DNA from: Haliotis rubra
Taxonomy: Eukaryota
NCBI RefSeq assembly: GCF_003918875.1
Contig: NW_025767401.1
Location: forward strand, 1,984,001 to 2,048,000
Direction: 5' to 3'
DNA length: 64,000 bases
A model generated the notes under the pieces. It searched no databases, was not told the DNA's origin, and saw only the letters and a program-made list of their open reading frames with translations. Position numbers and translations under genes: made by a program. Shown one piece after another: positions 40,658 through 53,378 of the stretch. Position 1 is the first letter of the stretch; each line of letters opens with the position of its first letter.

Positions 40658-41628
40658 AGACAGCATCCGGCGTTTTAAGGAAGCGATGGTTTTTACTTGA
40701 AGCACAGACGCCTTCAGACAGGATACTGGTACAAATGCCAACACAGGCAGGTTTCCTTTTAGAATAATATGTTTATGTTATTATTTTGTCCAGCTTTGAT
40801 ATTTTGTTTTTAGTTTAGCATAATATATCTATGTTCACAAAGTGAACGATCGGGGACAAGTTCTCACAACTTATATATCCGCTCACCAAGAATAGTTACA
40901 ATATCAAATTACATGTACACCACAAGCAACTATTACACATGTATAAACTGGCACAATAAAAGGAACTATCAAAAAAGCAAAAGGTATATATACAATGTAA
41001 GAAAGCGGAGTTGCAGTTTAAAAGTTAGTCAGATCTGCAACACCATTTACCATGAAGATCGAAACTTACTCTAACAGTCGTATGACTTATATACCTATGC
41101 AGTATATTATGTTTTCTAATACCACATGAAATGTACAGTGGAGCTGAGGGATTGGATGTTTTCATGCTCCATTTGAAGTTTGGTAGAACAATTTCTGAAG
41201 ATAAATCGTTCCACAATGAGATCGTTGGACGGTTCTCTTGAATTAGGGAGAGTTCAGGCACCCAGTTGTCAGGCAGTGAAAATGATGAATGATTCAGACA
41301 CTTTTGCTGCATTTGATCAGTCCTATCATTCAGCTATCCAAGGAGTAGTGGTGTCGTCCAGTGGTTAAAGTGTTCGCTCCTCACACGGAAGACTCGGGTT
41401 CAATTTTCCACACCACGAAGTCCATTTCTGGTGTCCCCGCCGGATATTGTTGGAATATTGCGTAAAACAATACTCACACTCAAGTAACCACCCTGAGGTG
41501 ATCCATTGTGCATTTAACAGACAACAGAACAGCGTGCAGTAACAACGTGGGTATATAATTCAGTGACATTCTGCAAGACAGGCATACATTGTGGCATTTT
41601 GTTAACTTTACATGTCTCTTTGGAAGAT

Positions 41629-41856
41629 AGTGAGTGAGTTTAGTTTTACGCCGCACTCAGCGATATTCCAGCCATATAATCGAGTCTGGACCAGACAATC
41701 CACTGATTACTAGCATGAGCATCGATGTGCGCAATTGGGAACCGATGACATGTGTCAACCAAGTCAGCGAGCCTGACCACCCGATCCCGTTAGTCGCCTC
41801 TTATGACTAGCATTGGTTACTGAAGATCAATATTCTAACCCGGACTTTCACGGGTC
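41629..41856 (-). mobile_element. SINE-like repeat, family H
   Basis: Body matches other copies; TSD CTTTGGAAGATA. Confidence 0.9.
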
Positions 41857-42144
41857 CTTTGGAAGATAACACTTGAAGTTTTTCCTTTGGTGGGAGAGTG
41901 GGTCAGTGAGTTTAGTTTTACGCCTTTGTTTTAGCAATATACCAGCAATATTCCACAAAAGGGAACATTGTATCCATGTGGGGAATGGAACACCTATATT
42001 TCTGAAGAAACATGACTTTGGAATTGCCGGAGTGTCATATAGTTTACTATTTGTTTGTTCGTGGTAGACATGTTCTCAATACTGACAGGGACCGTGCCAA
42101 TTCCACCCCATGTCTAGACCTTGAAATCAAAGCCATATGTGAAA

Positions 42145-42528
42145 TGTGAGGTGAGGTGAGGCGAGGTGAAGTGCCATGCGGTGAGGTTCGGTGAGGTGCG
42201 TTGCTGTGCGGTGCGGCGGTGCGGTGCGGTGAGATGAGAAATCTTTAGGATGTAGATTATTGCACTTACACAGTGACGTGAATTCTGTGTGTATGTGATT
42301 GTACTAGTCCCAACAAATGCTGGTTTTATAGTGCTTACCTATACGGAGACCGCAGTTTACCCCCCAAAGACTATACTGACTGAGAGCCGACCGTTCCATG
42401 TTCTCTCCCATAAATAGGTAAGAACACGTCTCATCTTGTCACGTGTTTGGGTACGACGCGGCATTGGTCGAACTCCGATCTTCCGCTCTTCGGCAAACTA
42501 TCTACCCACTGGGCCACAGAGGCCGTTG
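42145..42528 (-). mobile_element. Degenerate family M SINE with expanded (GGTGA/GGTGC)n tail
   Basis: Diverged reverse-complement match to 13318-13675. Confidence 0.7.
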
Positions 42529-43059
42529 TGAAGTGTGAATACAGATATTGAAAGGACAGAAAATAGTAATGCTAAATTCTTAAACCCGTGAACACCTCCT
42601 GTATGAATATACCCTCATTAGAAGCCAACAAGCAAACAAACCCTTTTTTTCATAACGTCATAAATGTTCGAAGACAAATACGCTGTATTTCTATTGACTG
42701 GAGTCAGACTTGCAAGGACTGAATAGATTGGCCCGTCATAAAAAAATAGACTGATTATTTCTCTTATATTACTCTATGTTCTCTTCTCATTTGTTATGAA
42801 AGATTTGCTTGAAAATAGTACTTGTATGTATCAATCAATGCATGGTAAGTTTGTTTTAGCGGATATTCAAAGGACAACAGACAGGTATACATATTTTATG
42901 AGAGGTGTTAAAGATTTTATGTGCGCTTTAGGAAACCTATGCTAGGGAGGGAAGCGCCATCAAAATCCTGGGCGAAAAGTATACAAACAGATCGACATGA
43001 CTCTTGTTTAAGCACACCCTACAGCACTGCCATGGGAGTAAATGTTAGGCGTGACTATT

Positions 43060-43477
43060 GAGGGGGAAACAACCATTGCGATAGCGATAGGCTATTGCAC
43101 CCAACTATTGCAATAGTTTTTTTTCGATTTGAATTGTCTCATTTGAAGTCATTTCCCAAATGAATACATGTATATAGTTTATCTGAAATACATACAAGTT
43201 GAAGTAGTTTCAGTATCCTTTAATAACTGACAAGAAACGTGAAACCCAGATCAAGTAAACAGTTAAAACATAAACTCAATCAAGCTGCAAGTCAGCACCC
43301 AAACAGTCTGGTACTTCCTGTATTTTGCACTGCGCATTTATCAACGTAAGTCAATTACTAAACTATTGATAGTCACACATACTATCGATGCAGCGATAGT
43401 TTTTCGTTTCTACCATTGGATAATTGCTATCGGAGACTCAACAATTGCAATCCATCGATGCATCGTTACAGCCCTAG
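43060..43477. mobile_element. hAT-like MITE with (ACTATCGAT)-type subterminal repeats
   Basis: Right end ATCGATGCATCGTTACAGCCCTAG; both ends are rich in CTATTG/CGATAG motifs. Confidence 0.55.
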
Positions 43478-44099
43478 TAAATATAGTAAGAGTAACGCTA
43501 AATCTATGAAACACATTGTATCCATGGATGTGGGGAATCGAACCGGGGCCTTCGGTGGGACGAGCAAACGCTTAAATCACTAGGCTACCCGCTATTTTGA
43601 ACTTAAATAAATACACCACACCAATAACGAATTTGAACATTTGGATTAACTCAACCTCTTTACAAAAGAAAACTTTTTGATATGTATGAAAAGACGGGCA
43701 ACTGTATCATACATTATGCTGAACCTGAGGAGAAGGTAGACTTGCTACATGTAGGACTGCCAGGGGGTGCGCCGTTTGTCCGGTCGTCTGAAGTGTCGCA
43801 GTTGCTGTCCGAAACCTATGATCTGGGGTTCGAATTCCGGTTCGATCTGATTATGTTTCTCACCGAGTAACGTGCTTGTGGTTGTATCACCTAACGAACA
43901 CTTCAGGCTTTCCGTTATTTAACTGGAATACTGTTTAAAACTGCGTAAAAACTCAATCACTGTACTGTCCGAGAAACGTGTGGCCCAATTGTAGACTGCT
44001 TCTTGGTCCTTCACGTAGAGCTTCTTCTCTCCGTGTCGCCAGCGCCGATTGACCGGAAACCAGTCTATGTCCGGCTGCTAACTGGTCTTACTAAACCCC

Positions 44100-44268
44100 G
44101 GGGCCGGTGAGGTAGCCCAGTGGTTAACGCGTTGAATAACCTCTAAACTAAGCTGATGACCCGGGTTCGATTCCCCACATGGGTACAATGTGTGAAGCCC
44201 ATTTCTGGTGTCCGTGATATTGCTGGGATATTGCTAAAAGCAGTGCAAATACCCACTCACTGACTCAC
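44100..44268 (+). mobile_element. Short tRNA-derived SINE, family T
   Basis: GGTAGCCCAGTGG, GGTTCGATTCCCCACATGGGTACAATGTGTGAAGCCC, (ACTC) tail. Confidence 0.85.
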
Positions 44269-45413
44269 TTGCACACCGCAGTCTGCTTTGCAGAGTTGCT
44301 TTTCTTAGCCGCTCAAGGATCTTCAAGATGTTGGTTAGATTCCAGATTCGAACCTAGGTGTGTCTGCACCATAACAATGTTGATGGGAGACATCCATGCC
44401 CTGTGTCACTGTAGGCTTTCAGCTGGCGTTGTGCTGCCACTTGTTAAATGCTGTGTACCTAAATTACCGCCAGAAGTGCTCAGGACCCATCTACCAACTG
44501 ACTGCTACTAACGTTACATCCATGGCAACGGCAGTGCAGCAGCAGCTTGTCGGATGAAATGTCAAACAATGAAAAAAAAACCCGGAGTGCTAAACAAGAA
44601 GATATATACATCTGGGTTTAAACATGTGATTTAAATTTCAAATTCATTAATGTACAAATATCTTCAGAGCGATTACAATACTGAACATAACAGAAATGCC
44701 ATTATAATAATAATTAGGCAGAATGTACTTTATGGTCTTTTCAAGATTAAAAAACATATAAATACACTCACAGATCCCAAGTGCCTCTATAAGGAAGGAC
44801 CGAAGGATGGTCCCCACATAATGTACCCATTATACCCAAGTTGTGAATGGCTTGTGACGACCACCTGGGAATGTTCAATGTCCAACATACAGTAGTTCCA
44901 GGAACCGGTGTCACGTGGTATGACATGAATTGCTGCGATCCTTTCACTTCACTATTGTACTGGATATGCGAGCTGGATCATGCCTTGGGTGTTATAGAGT
45001 CAGTTCATATTTATATAGTACGAGAAGGTTCACTCCTTGACTTATCATGAATTCAAAGTGTCATGCCCCGTATAGTTATTATTTGAAAGGGAAAAAACAC
45101 CCAAAGTGTCACAGGTAACGGATTTCACTGGGATGTGCTAGGGGAAACTGTGGAAATGGAGGTGTCCATCAATGTTGTGACAATCAAACAAACAAACAAG
45201 CAAACAAGCAAACAAATGAATAAATAATGTTTCAATTCCTTAGTAGGTTGTTCACCGGCCTCCCCGTGACATCAGTAGTCAACCTCACCTTGAAAATGAT
45301 AGAAATGCAGCTGTTTTTATGTTTTATTTTTCTACATATTATCTGTCAACCACAAGCAAATGGGCTTTGCTATGTTCCAGCCTCGCGATCCCCATTTTGA
45401 TTGACTTTTTATC

Positions 45414-45546
45414 NNNNNNNNNNNNNNNNNNNNNNNNNNNNNNNNNNNNNNNNNNNNNNNNNNNNNNNNNNNNNNNNNNNNNNNNNNNNNNNNNNNNNNN
45501 NNNNNNNNNNNNNNNNNNNNNNNNNNNNNNNNNNNNNNNNNNNNNN
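45414..45546. other. Assembly gap (N run) followed by A/C low-complexity sequence
   Basis: Run of N. Confidence 1.
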
Positions 45547-47344
45547 AAATAAAAATAAAATAAACCCCACAAAAAACAAAAACCCCCAAAACAAACAAAC
45601 CCAAACAAACAGGAAACAAAACAAAAAAACAAACAAACAAACAAAAACCCACAAAAAAACCACAAACACAAAACGCACTTCCACATATTAAACATGTCCA
45701 TAAAGACAATATGTTAATGGTAAACTTATTAAACTCACAAAACTCTCTGGTTATACGTGTAGTTGCAACATTGTTAAAGCATATATTTATTGCTAGATAA
45801 TTACTTTGTGCTCACGTGACATTATAAATACATGATATATTAACTGTAAAATGGGCCATAAGGCCGTATATTACCGACTTAAGTGTCTGTCTGTCTGTCT
45901 GCCTGTCTGGAACTCATCCAATACTATACTGAACATGTTTTATATGATATTTTCAGGGCATACCATTATCCAGTAGGTACCAAATGGTTTTTCACTTTCT
46001 GCACCTTCGTATGTTACTTTTTGTTTCTAATTATATTGGGTAAATATATCATGTATGAATGCTGTGGTCCGATTCAAAAGGATTTCCACAAGTAGGATCT
46101 TTTTCCCCTTCGTTAATTTTTCACACGACAGAAAACCAACCTAGAGTTATTCTGCTAGATGTGTATCATATAGAAAATATTGCAAGTCGTACATATTAAC
46201 GGTGTAGAGGTATAGTGGAAGTTACAGAACTAATCTCAGTCAATCTGAATCCGCCATCCGTGTAAAGTATGATAACATGAAGTGTCAGTATAATGAGGCG
46301 AAAGGACTGGCCGTACTCGCGGGTCAGTTTGGGACTCGGGCCACTCTCCGCAGATTCCGAGGGTCCCCTAGTCGTGAGCGAACAACTGCACCACCCACAA
46401 TGAGTTTAGCCTGAGGCAGGAATCGGCTTTGTTTTATTCATTACAAATGCCCGCATGTATTGATTTCTTTACGCCGATTCTGTTAAAACTTCGGATAATA
46501 CTTAATATATAGAACATATAATGTTCATGAACATATTCAGAAGTATACAAGTACTTGCTAATTGTGAAGGAAGGAACCATGCTTGTGGCATCCATTGATT
46601 TGCTATATCAGTTATCAACAAGTTCAGTTTGCAGGCTGGGTTGGCCCAGTTGTCTGAGGCGTTGTAGTCTACAGGGCATGCCAGAACGGCCCAGAACACA
46701 TGATTGTGGATTCAAATCCCAGTTCGCCCCCATTATGTTTCAAACTTTGTCAGCAGCATACCCTTCGTGGTGGTTTCACAAAAGCGGTAATCATTTGAGA
46801 CCTGCATCACTTCGGGCTTCCTCCCTCATTTAGCAGACCCGCTGTGATATAACTGGAATGCCGTAAAACGATGCGTTGAAACCAGCTTAATAATTCCTTC
46901 AGTCAATTACAGTTGAATTGTTAGAGTTATGCGTTATATTTAAACTTCAGTGGTGACAACCCTCATGCATTAGTGTCAGTGTTTGTGATAGTGGTAATCC
47001 TGTTTAAAATAACGGTAATATGTTAACTTTCTGTCGTTTCATTATGTCATTATCCAATTCCAGCGTCAGCCCCAGATTTCTCAGGATCTTACACTAGGAA
47101 CGCCACCGTAAGGTCCCTCCGAGAAGGAATACCTTCCTTGTGTAACTCGACAGACAAATGACACAATACCTTGCATAGAATACCCGAATACCAATACAAG
47201 CTACACATGATCTACCAGCTATATGGCCGTACCAGTCTATGACTTTTGTTTGGTTGACCAATCTAACGGCTTGGTATAGAATGCCCGGCCATTAAGTGAC
47301 TGGCAGAGAGAGTCTATACTTTATTGTATGACATACCAGGACAC

Positions 47345-47456
47345 AGGGAAATCTAGTAGCTATATCTATATCAGGCTGATATCAGGACTTCACAGAGTTT
47401 GGGCTGAAAGTTCCAGTCGTATTTTTGGATAGAGTTTCCCCACAGACTACTATAAG
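47345..47456 (+). promoter_or_regulatory. Putative promoter of cytokine-like gene A: TATA-like box with kB-like motifs
   Basis: TATAAG 47451-47456, ~80 bp before the ATG. AGAGTTTCCCC 47431-47441, TGAAAGTTCC 47405-47414 and AGGGAAATCT 47345-47354 resemble NF-kB/Rel sites. Confidence 0.4.
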
Positions 47457-47534
47457 AACAGCCACAAGAAGCAGGTAAGACATACGATCTGAGACATTGA
47501 TACGTCTGAAATATTTCATACTTCTAGCTATAAC

Positions 47535-47541
47535 ATGAAAG
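47535..47541 (+). CDS. Secreted helical cytokine-like gene A, coding exon 1 (M-K + 1 nt)
   Basis: AACATGAAAG|GTAAAG. The phase-1 donor joins exon 2 in frame to give the signal peptide MKGLLFLAVVYINLHQGLC. Paralog B has the same 7-nt exon. Confidence 0.7.
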
Positions 47542-47836
47542 GTAAAGCGTTACAGGAAATGTTTGATCGTTTGTCATGTCATACAGTAGTCAATCATGTT
47601 TGTTTTCACAGTTTGACTTATCTGATAACCTAAAGGTTATGCAACTTCTTATGTATTTTTTTAACGTATTATTTATATAAGTTTATTTGAAGTACAAACA
47701 AATTGGTGTTAGATGAATCTTGTATATTTTGTGTGCTATAAATTGGGAACAATTATCATGTAGACATGCCTACTGTGGATTCTTGTCCCCAGTGCGTATA
47801 CAAAACATGTCTATAGTGTTCCTATTAATGTGTTAG

Positions 47837-48053
47837 ACCTGTGAAGATCCGGTTTAGAATTGGGCTTGACTAACGAGATCGGGCGGTCAGGCTCGCTGAC
47901 TTTGTTGACACATGTCACCGTATCCCAACTGCGTAGAACGATGCTCATGCTGTAGATCACTCGATTATCTGCAGACCGCCACCATACAGCTGGAATATTG
48001 CTGAGTGCGGCGTTAAACAACAAACAATAACTAATCAATCAATCAATCAATCA
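47837..48053 (+). mobile_element. SINE-like repeat, family H, in intron 1 of gene A
   Basis: Body match, (AATC)n tail, TSD ATTAATGTGTTA. Confidence 0.88.
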
Positions 48054-48082
48054 ATTAATGTGTTAAGTCTTCCCTGTACCAG

Positions 48083-48306
48083 GGCTATTGTTCCTTGCTG
48101 TGGTGTACATCAACCTACACCAGGGACTCTGCAGGACCCTGTCCATCACGTCTGACCACTGTCAACCATGTGGTGCTCCATCTACGGATGGGAGAAGAAC
48201 TCACCTTCACAACCGTTCCCCTGGTGACATCTGCACCATCGCCAATGAATTCACCATCAAAATTGGCATCCTTAGGCGGACTGTCAGAAACCAACTGGAT
48301 ACACTT
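48083..48306 (+). CDS. Secreted helical cytokine-like gene A, coding exon 2 (signal peptide, SDxCQPC, predicted helix A)
   Basis: CCAG acceptor, GTGAGT donor, phase 1/0: LLFLAVVYINLHQGLCRTLSITSDHCQPC...CTIANEFTIKIGILRRTVRNQLDTL. Homologous to 56781-57016. Confidence 0.85.
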
Positions 48307-48637
48307 GTGAGTTTAATCGGATTATTTTCCTTGAATTTCGTTGATTCGTTGATCAGTCCTAAGTAACGTTTATATGCTGACACATTAAGTGTCATTTGAT
48401 AACACATGTATGCACTATGACTGATTAAATTAAGCATACAACGTCTTGTTTATTGCACAGAGCGACATTTCGATGTAGATTCTTAAACCGCTATCAATTG
48501 TCATTTTTGACCAACCAAGTTCTAGAATGCCGATTAAACAGTATAATTGATTCATGAAGAAAATGCTGGACATACGAAATAAATGTTGGGAAAAGAAAAA
48601 TATGGTGTTTGAAATGTTGAAATTGTTTCCTCGGCAG

Positions 48638-48736
48638 GTCAATGGTTTGTTTGATGGAGATGCCGATTACTTGGAGTGGCGTTACCAACAGAGACGACAT
48701 TTCCTACAGTGTGCTCCATCAAGTGATACATCAAGG
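48638..48736 (+). CDS. Secreted helical cytokine-like gene A, coding exon 3 (predicted AB loop)
   Basis: GCAG acceptor, GTAAGG donor, 99 nt, phase 0/0: VNGLFDGDADYLEWRYQQRRHFLQCAPSSDTSR. The [FY]D[GN]D motif is shared with B and C. Confidence 0.8.
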
Positions 48737-48849
48737 GTAAGGGTTCTATGTGGTCATGGTTACATATAACAAACAAGTACACACAATTGTCTTCGTAGTT
48801 GCTTGATAACCTTGGTAAGAATAATTGTACATCTGATAGTTGCACCTTA

Positions 48850-49415
48850 CTATTTAGGTATGGTTTGGTTTTATTTGGTTAACGCAGACAGTTGGCAATG
48901 TAAATATGTTTATTAGACAGCTGCGTATGCTGGCTATTGATATGTTTAAGCAGGAATGGCATTCAACTATGATTGGAAGTTCTATTTAAGTCGTTAACGT
49001 TGCTTGAGCCAGAATCTTATTTAGCAAACTTACGCTACAGAAATGTTTGCAATGTCTCTATACGTTTTAGATAAGGCCTTGATGATTTAGTGATTAACCG
49101 TGGGCGATATTTTTCTATTGAAAAGACCCAAAGACTATGTCCATTATGTAACAATATTGAATATGAATTCCATTTTATGTTTATTTGTCCTGTATATGAA
49201 AATCCAAGAAATAATTGTCTAACGCAATTGCCTTTATCTCATATCAATGTCTTACCTGAAAAGAACCTTCAAAACAACACAAAGTAGCCCTATTTATTTA
49301 CAATGCATTTTTGTTGAGAACAGAATTGGTTAGTTGATCATATATGCCATTGCTAATGTATATATCTTTTGTATATGGACCTATGACATTTCATGTAATA
49401 AAGAATTGATTGATT
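48850..49415 (+). mobile_element. Decayed LINE 3' fragment in intron 3 of gene A
   Basis: INRGRYFSIEKTQRLCPLCNNIEYEFHFMFICPVY is a LINE C-terminal CCHC-type knuckle; ends AATAAAGAATTGATTGATTG. Confidence 0.75.
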
Positions 49416-49452
49416 GCTACAAGTAGATCAGTGAATTTGTTTCTCGTTTCAG

Positions 49453-49779
49453 ATGTCAGCAATGGCGTCACTCTATGATCGACTTGTTGGCCTTCATATC
49501 TATGTCAACTTCACTGAAGGGTACCGCCGGTCTTGTTCTGTGACTGTTGAGGGGATCGCTCACCAAGTGTCCCTGGCGGTTTGTGACCTGCATCACATGA
49601 TGAGAGTGACGTCCCAGACGCAGGGTCATGAAGACGTGTGTCGCAAACAATGCGGTCTGGCCATCGGTGGGTGTGTGTCGTTCCAGAGACACGCCTTCAA
49701 TGCCTTGCGGTATGCATCGGATGTACTGGAATCCATATTCCAGGAGGCTGGACTTTTGAAACAGGATTGGGGGTGCTAG
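49453..49779 (+). CDS. Secreted helical cytokine-like gene A, last coding exon (predicted helices B-D)
   Basis: TTTCAG acceptor, phase 0: MASLYDRLVGLHIYVNFTE...C...AVCDLHHMM...DVCRK...GCVSFQRHAFNALRYASDVLESIF. Aligns by eye to the last exons of B and C. Confidence 0.85.
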   Translation: MSAMASLYDRLVGLHIYVNFTEGYRRSCSVTVEGIAHQVSLAVCDLHHMMRVTSQTQGHEDVCRKQCGLAIGGCVSFQRHAFNALRYASDVLESIFQEAGLLKQDWGC

Positions 49780-50405
49780 AAGCAAGGTTGGAGTGGTTGA
49801 AGCAGGATCGGGGGTTCTTGAAGCAGGATTAGGGTGCTAAAAGCAGGATTGGGGGTTTTAGAAGTAGGATTGGGGTGCTAGAAGCAATACTGTGGGCGCA
49901 AGAAGCAGGATTGGGGGGTGGTGGTGCTAGAAGCGGCATTGGGGGAGCTGGAAGCAATATTGTGGGCGCAAGAAGCAGGATTCGGGGCGCTAAAAGCACG
50001 ATTGGGGTGCTAGAAGCAGGGTCGGGGTGCTAGAAGCAATACTTTGGGCGCAAGAAGCAGGGTCGGGGTGCTAGAAGCAAGAGTGGGGATGCTAGTAGCA
50101 GGATTTGGGGGTTAGAAGCAATATTGGGAGTGCTTGAAGCAGGATTGGGGTGCTATTAGCAATATTGGGGATGCTAGAAGCAGTATTTGGGTGTTAGAAG
50201 CAATATTGGGGGTGCTTGAAGCAGGATTGGGGGGTGCTATTAGCAATATTTGGGTGCTAAAAGCAATACGGGGGTGTTCGAAGCAGGATTGGGGGTGCTA
50301 TTAGCAATATTGGGGTGCTAGAAGCAATACTGGGGTGCCCGAAGCAGGATTTGGGTGTTAGAGGCAATATCGGGGGTTCTAGAACTAGGATTGGAGTGCT
50401 AGAAA
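49758..50405 (+). repeat. 20-21 bp minisatellite (~30 units), consensus GAAGCAGGATTGGGGTGCTA
   Basis: Direct tandem repetition; the first unit overlaps the last codons and stop of gene A. Confidence 0.95.
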
Positions 50406-51206
50406 CATATTTTCTGTAACATTATTGGTGCTTATTTCGTTATTCACTGAAACAGGTCAATGGTTAGTAGGAGTCAATGCAACATTTTATGAGTGTGCAA
50501 TACCTTGGTTTAATAATTCTCATATTATCTCATATTATCACTGACTACATATTTTAAGATTTGATTTGACATTTGTAATTTGTCATCCCATTAGTTGTGG
50601 GTTATTTAATACATTCCGGCAATAAACCTTAAACATCCCATTGTTGCCAGCCACATACCACAAGAATTCAAGAACAACAGAAAAGGCTATACACTGTTCT
50701 GATTGTCCTACTTTCATGTGGATAAAGTATTTTGTACATTAGATAATTTATTGTTGATGTATTAACTAAGTTATTTAGAAGAAAATGTTCATATACGTGT
50801 ATTATGAATTTATTTACATGTTTACTTAGCTATGAAGGTCATAGTATGCTACAGATATTCATACATATTTCAGCTCAAACATTGTTTACATTAATATCGT
50901 ACTTTAAATGCAATGCCTCTTGATGTGTTTAAGTTTGTTGCCATTTAAGAGGGCCGTTTTAAAATATCCGTTCCGTTGCTGATTGTTGATTTGTACATAT
51001 GATTGTATGTATTTATTGATATTTTTGTACATTGTTTTTGCTTAAAGGATGTTACAGTTTTGCTGAAAGTACGTTTAAAATGTGAATAATTTTGCTATTA
51101 AATGTGACAAAAATATCCGTTGTCTTGATGTTTATAATTCATTTTATAGAACGAGTGTTGTATAATCCAGCGTTCCGTTTAAAAGGAACAACTGGAACTG
51201 GCTATT

Positions 51207-51420
51207 CTTCAGTAACCCATGCTTGTCATAAGAGGCCACTAACGGGATCGGGTGGTCAGGCTCGCTGACCTGGTCGACACATGCCATCGCATCCCAAATG
51301 TGTAGATCCATGCTCATGCTGTTGATCACTGGATTGTCTGGTCCAGACTTGATTATTTACAGACCGCCGCCATACAGCTGGACTATTGCTGAGTATGGCG
51401 TAAAACCAAACTCGCTCACT
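51207..51420 (+). mobile_element. SINE-like repeat, family H
   Basis: Body match. Its 3' flank is shared with the copy at 58297-58551. Confidence 0.88.
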
Positions 51421-53193
51421 AATTGAAAAAAGTATTCGTTTGATAAACTCTTATCGAAACGATAGCGTAGATGGACGCTCATGCTGTTGATCTCTGGATT
51501 GTCTGGTCTAGACTTGATTATTTACTGATCGCCGTCATATAACAAACTAAAACTCGTCTCGAAATGTGAACACATACCATATGTCTTCAAACACATGCAA
51601 AAGGCAAAAAGTTCAAGAATTTTTAGGAGGGAATAGGATAACATTTCATCCTCATATTGTTATCTGCATGTGAAGAAAAAGAAATAAAACTTTAGAGAAA
51701 CGGTCATGATGAAATTGTAACTATCAACATTCAAACCATGTACGTACAGCGGGAGTATTATCACGTTTGTGATATTACATACCTGTGTGTAACATTGCAT
51801 GAATGGCAACTGCGTCATGTGGAGTAACGAAGCAGCATTTCCCGGAAATCGTCCTTTCCCTGCTAAGGTGCCATTGTGCTTGGATCAACAAAAGCAGTGT
51901 TACACAATTCACAACAGTGAATGCAGCGACTATAACGGCTGTGTTACTCACTTCGACTGTGGTTCTAGCAAGACAAGTTCTTTGTCAGTGAATGAATATG
52001 ACGAACCTCTACACACCGAATGTCAAGGTTATGACGCTTGTATCTATATTTGGTCTACAACGTAGTAAATATCTAGACCATGGCCTAGTTTGTATAGTGG
52101 TGTATGTGACATCTCAGCATGCTCATTTTGAAATGCTGAGAAGATGCCATCAATGTTAGTATATGAATATTGTGGATACAACGGAAGGTAAAGCCCCGAG
52201 AACTGTATTAGTATAATGTAAAGTGTGTGTTCAATTTGCAATGAAATGCTCTGAAACATTGCTCTTAACGATCTGTAAAACATTATGATTCAACATTCAC
52301 CCATTAGGCGCACAGGATTCGAACCCGGGTGTTCGGCGTGACGAACCAACGCTTTAACCACTAGGCTACCCCACCGCCCCCTGAGTTATATTGATAACAA
52401 GACATATATTCATATAACTGAAATCACACAATAGCTATCATACACTATTGCACAGATATCTAGATTGGGTCGGCAGTGATTCATTGGGTCGCTAAGAGTG
52501 GGGGACATGCAACTGAATGCTCGTGAACTACGATCACACATCTAATATTATATTCTCTCTCTACATATATGACATTTTAAACGTGCAATATGTTTGGAGG
52601 CCTTTAATAATAGTGATCACTGTATGTTTATCGATTTACACGTGGCGCTGTACTTCCTTTAAATATTATGTTTTATGTAATACATTTGACACATACGTTG
52701 TGTTACTTTCGAATGTATGGACTTACGAATGCTTCTAATGGCGCTTTTAACGTTCAACACCATTATACCATAATTGCGTGAGTACATCTTTACATAATTA
52801 TTTTCATAATGTATTTCTGTCAGGCTGTGATGATTTGAAGTATGTGAAGGGGTGAGGAAGTCCAACGTCATACCGTTTGAACACTGGGACAAACCGATTC
52901 TTTATACAACCAGACAGCACTAGGACGTGTATGTAGACATGTAATGGCGTATTTGGATGTTTTACTGTGCAGTGTACATGTTGACTTCCATTAAAACCTT
53001 TTTAACGATGGTTTAATTATGTGTGAGAGTTTAAATAGTTATTGTGCAATTATGCTGTGAGGTTCAACAAAATATATCGTTTGAACACTCACAATGCGTG
53101 TGTTGTGTATTTGTCATGTGATGATTTGAAGCTAGTGAAGGGTTAAGGTGGGCCACAAAATGTACCGCTTGAACAAACCGTGTCAAATAAATA

Positions 53194-53378
53194 NNNNNNN
53201 NNNNNNNNNNNNNNNNNNNNNNNNNNNNNNNNNNNNNNNNNNNNNNNNNNNNNNNNNNNNNNNNNNNNNNNNNNNNNNNNNNNNNNNNNNNNNNNNNNNN
53301 NNNNNNNNNNNNNNNNNNNNNNNNNNNNNNNNNNNNNNNNNNNNNNNNNNNNNNNNNNNNNNNNNNNNNNNNNNNNNN
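53194..53378. other. Assembly gap (N run)
   Basis: Run of N. Confidence 1.

Noticed and set aside
44270-44400. Possible exon (minus strand reads NLTNILKILERLRKATLQ)
   Set aside because: Frame-broken; resembles a tiny Gypsy RT remnant, too weak to call.
45319-45709. ORFs spanning the N gap (also 53064-53461)
   Set aside because: Artefacts of N runs and low-complexity sequence.
47475-47527. Possible 53-nt 5' UTR intron in gene A (and a 54-nt one at 57263-57316 in gene B)
   Set aside because: GTAAG...AG is present in both, but the donors lie only ~20 nt after the TATA-like boxes and the introns would be very short. An unspliced first exon is more parsimonious; 5' RACE would settle it.
51799-52065. 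Cysteine-rich 88-aa ORF between genes A and B as a fourth family member
   Set aside because: No signal peptide, none of the family motifs (SDxCQPC, CxSFQ) and no convincing splice context.
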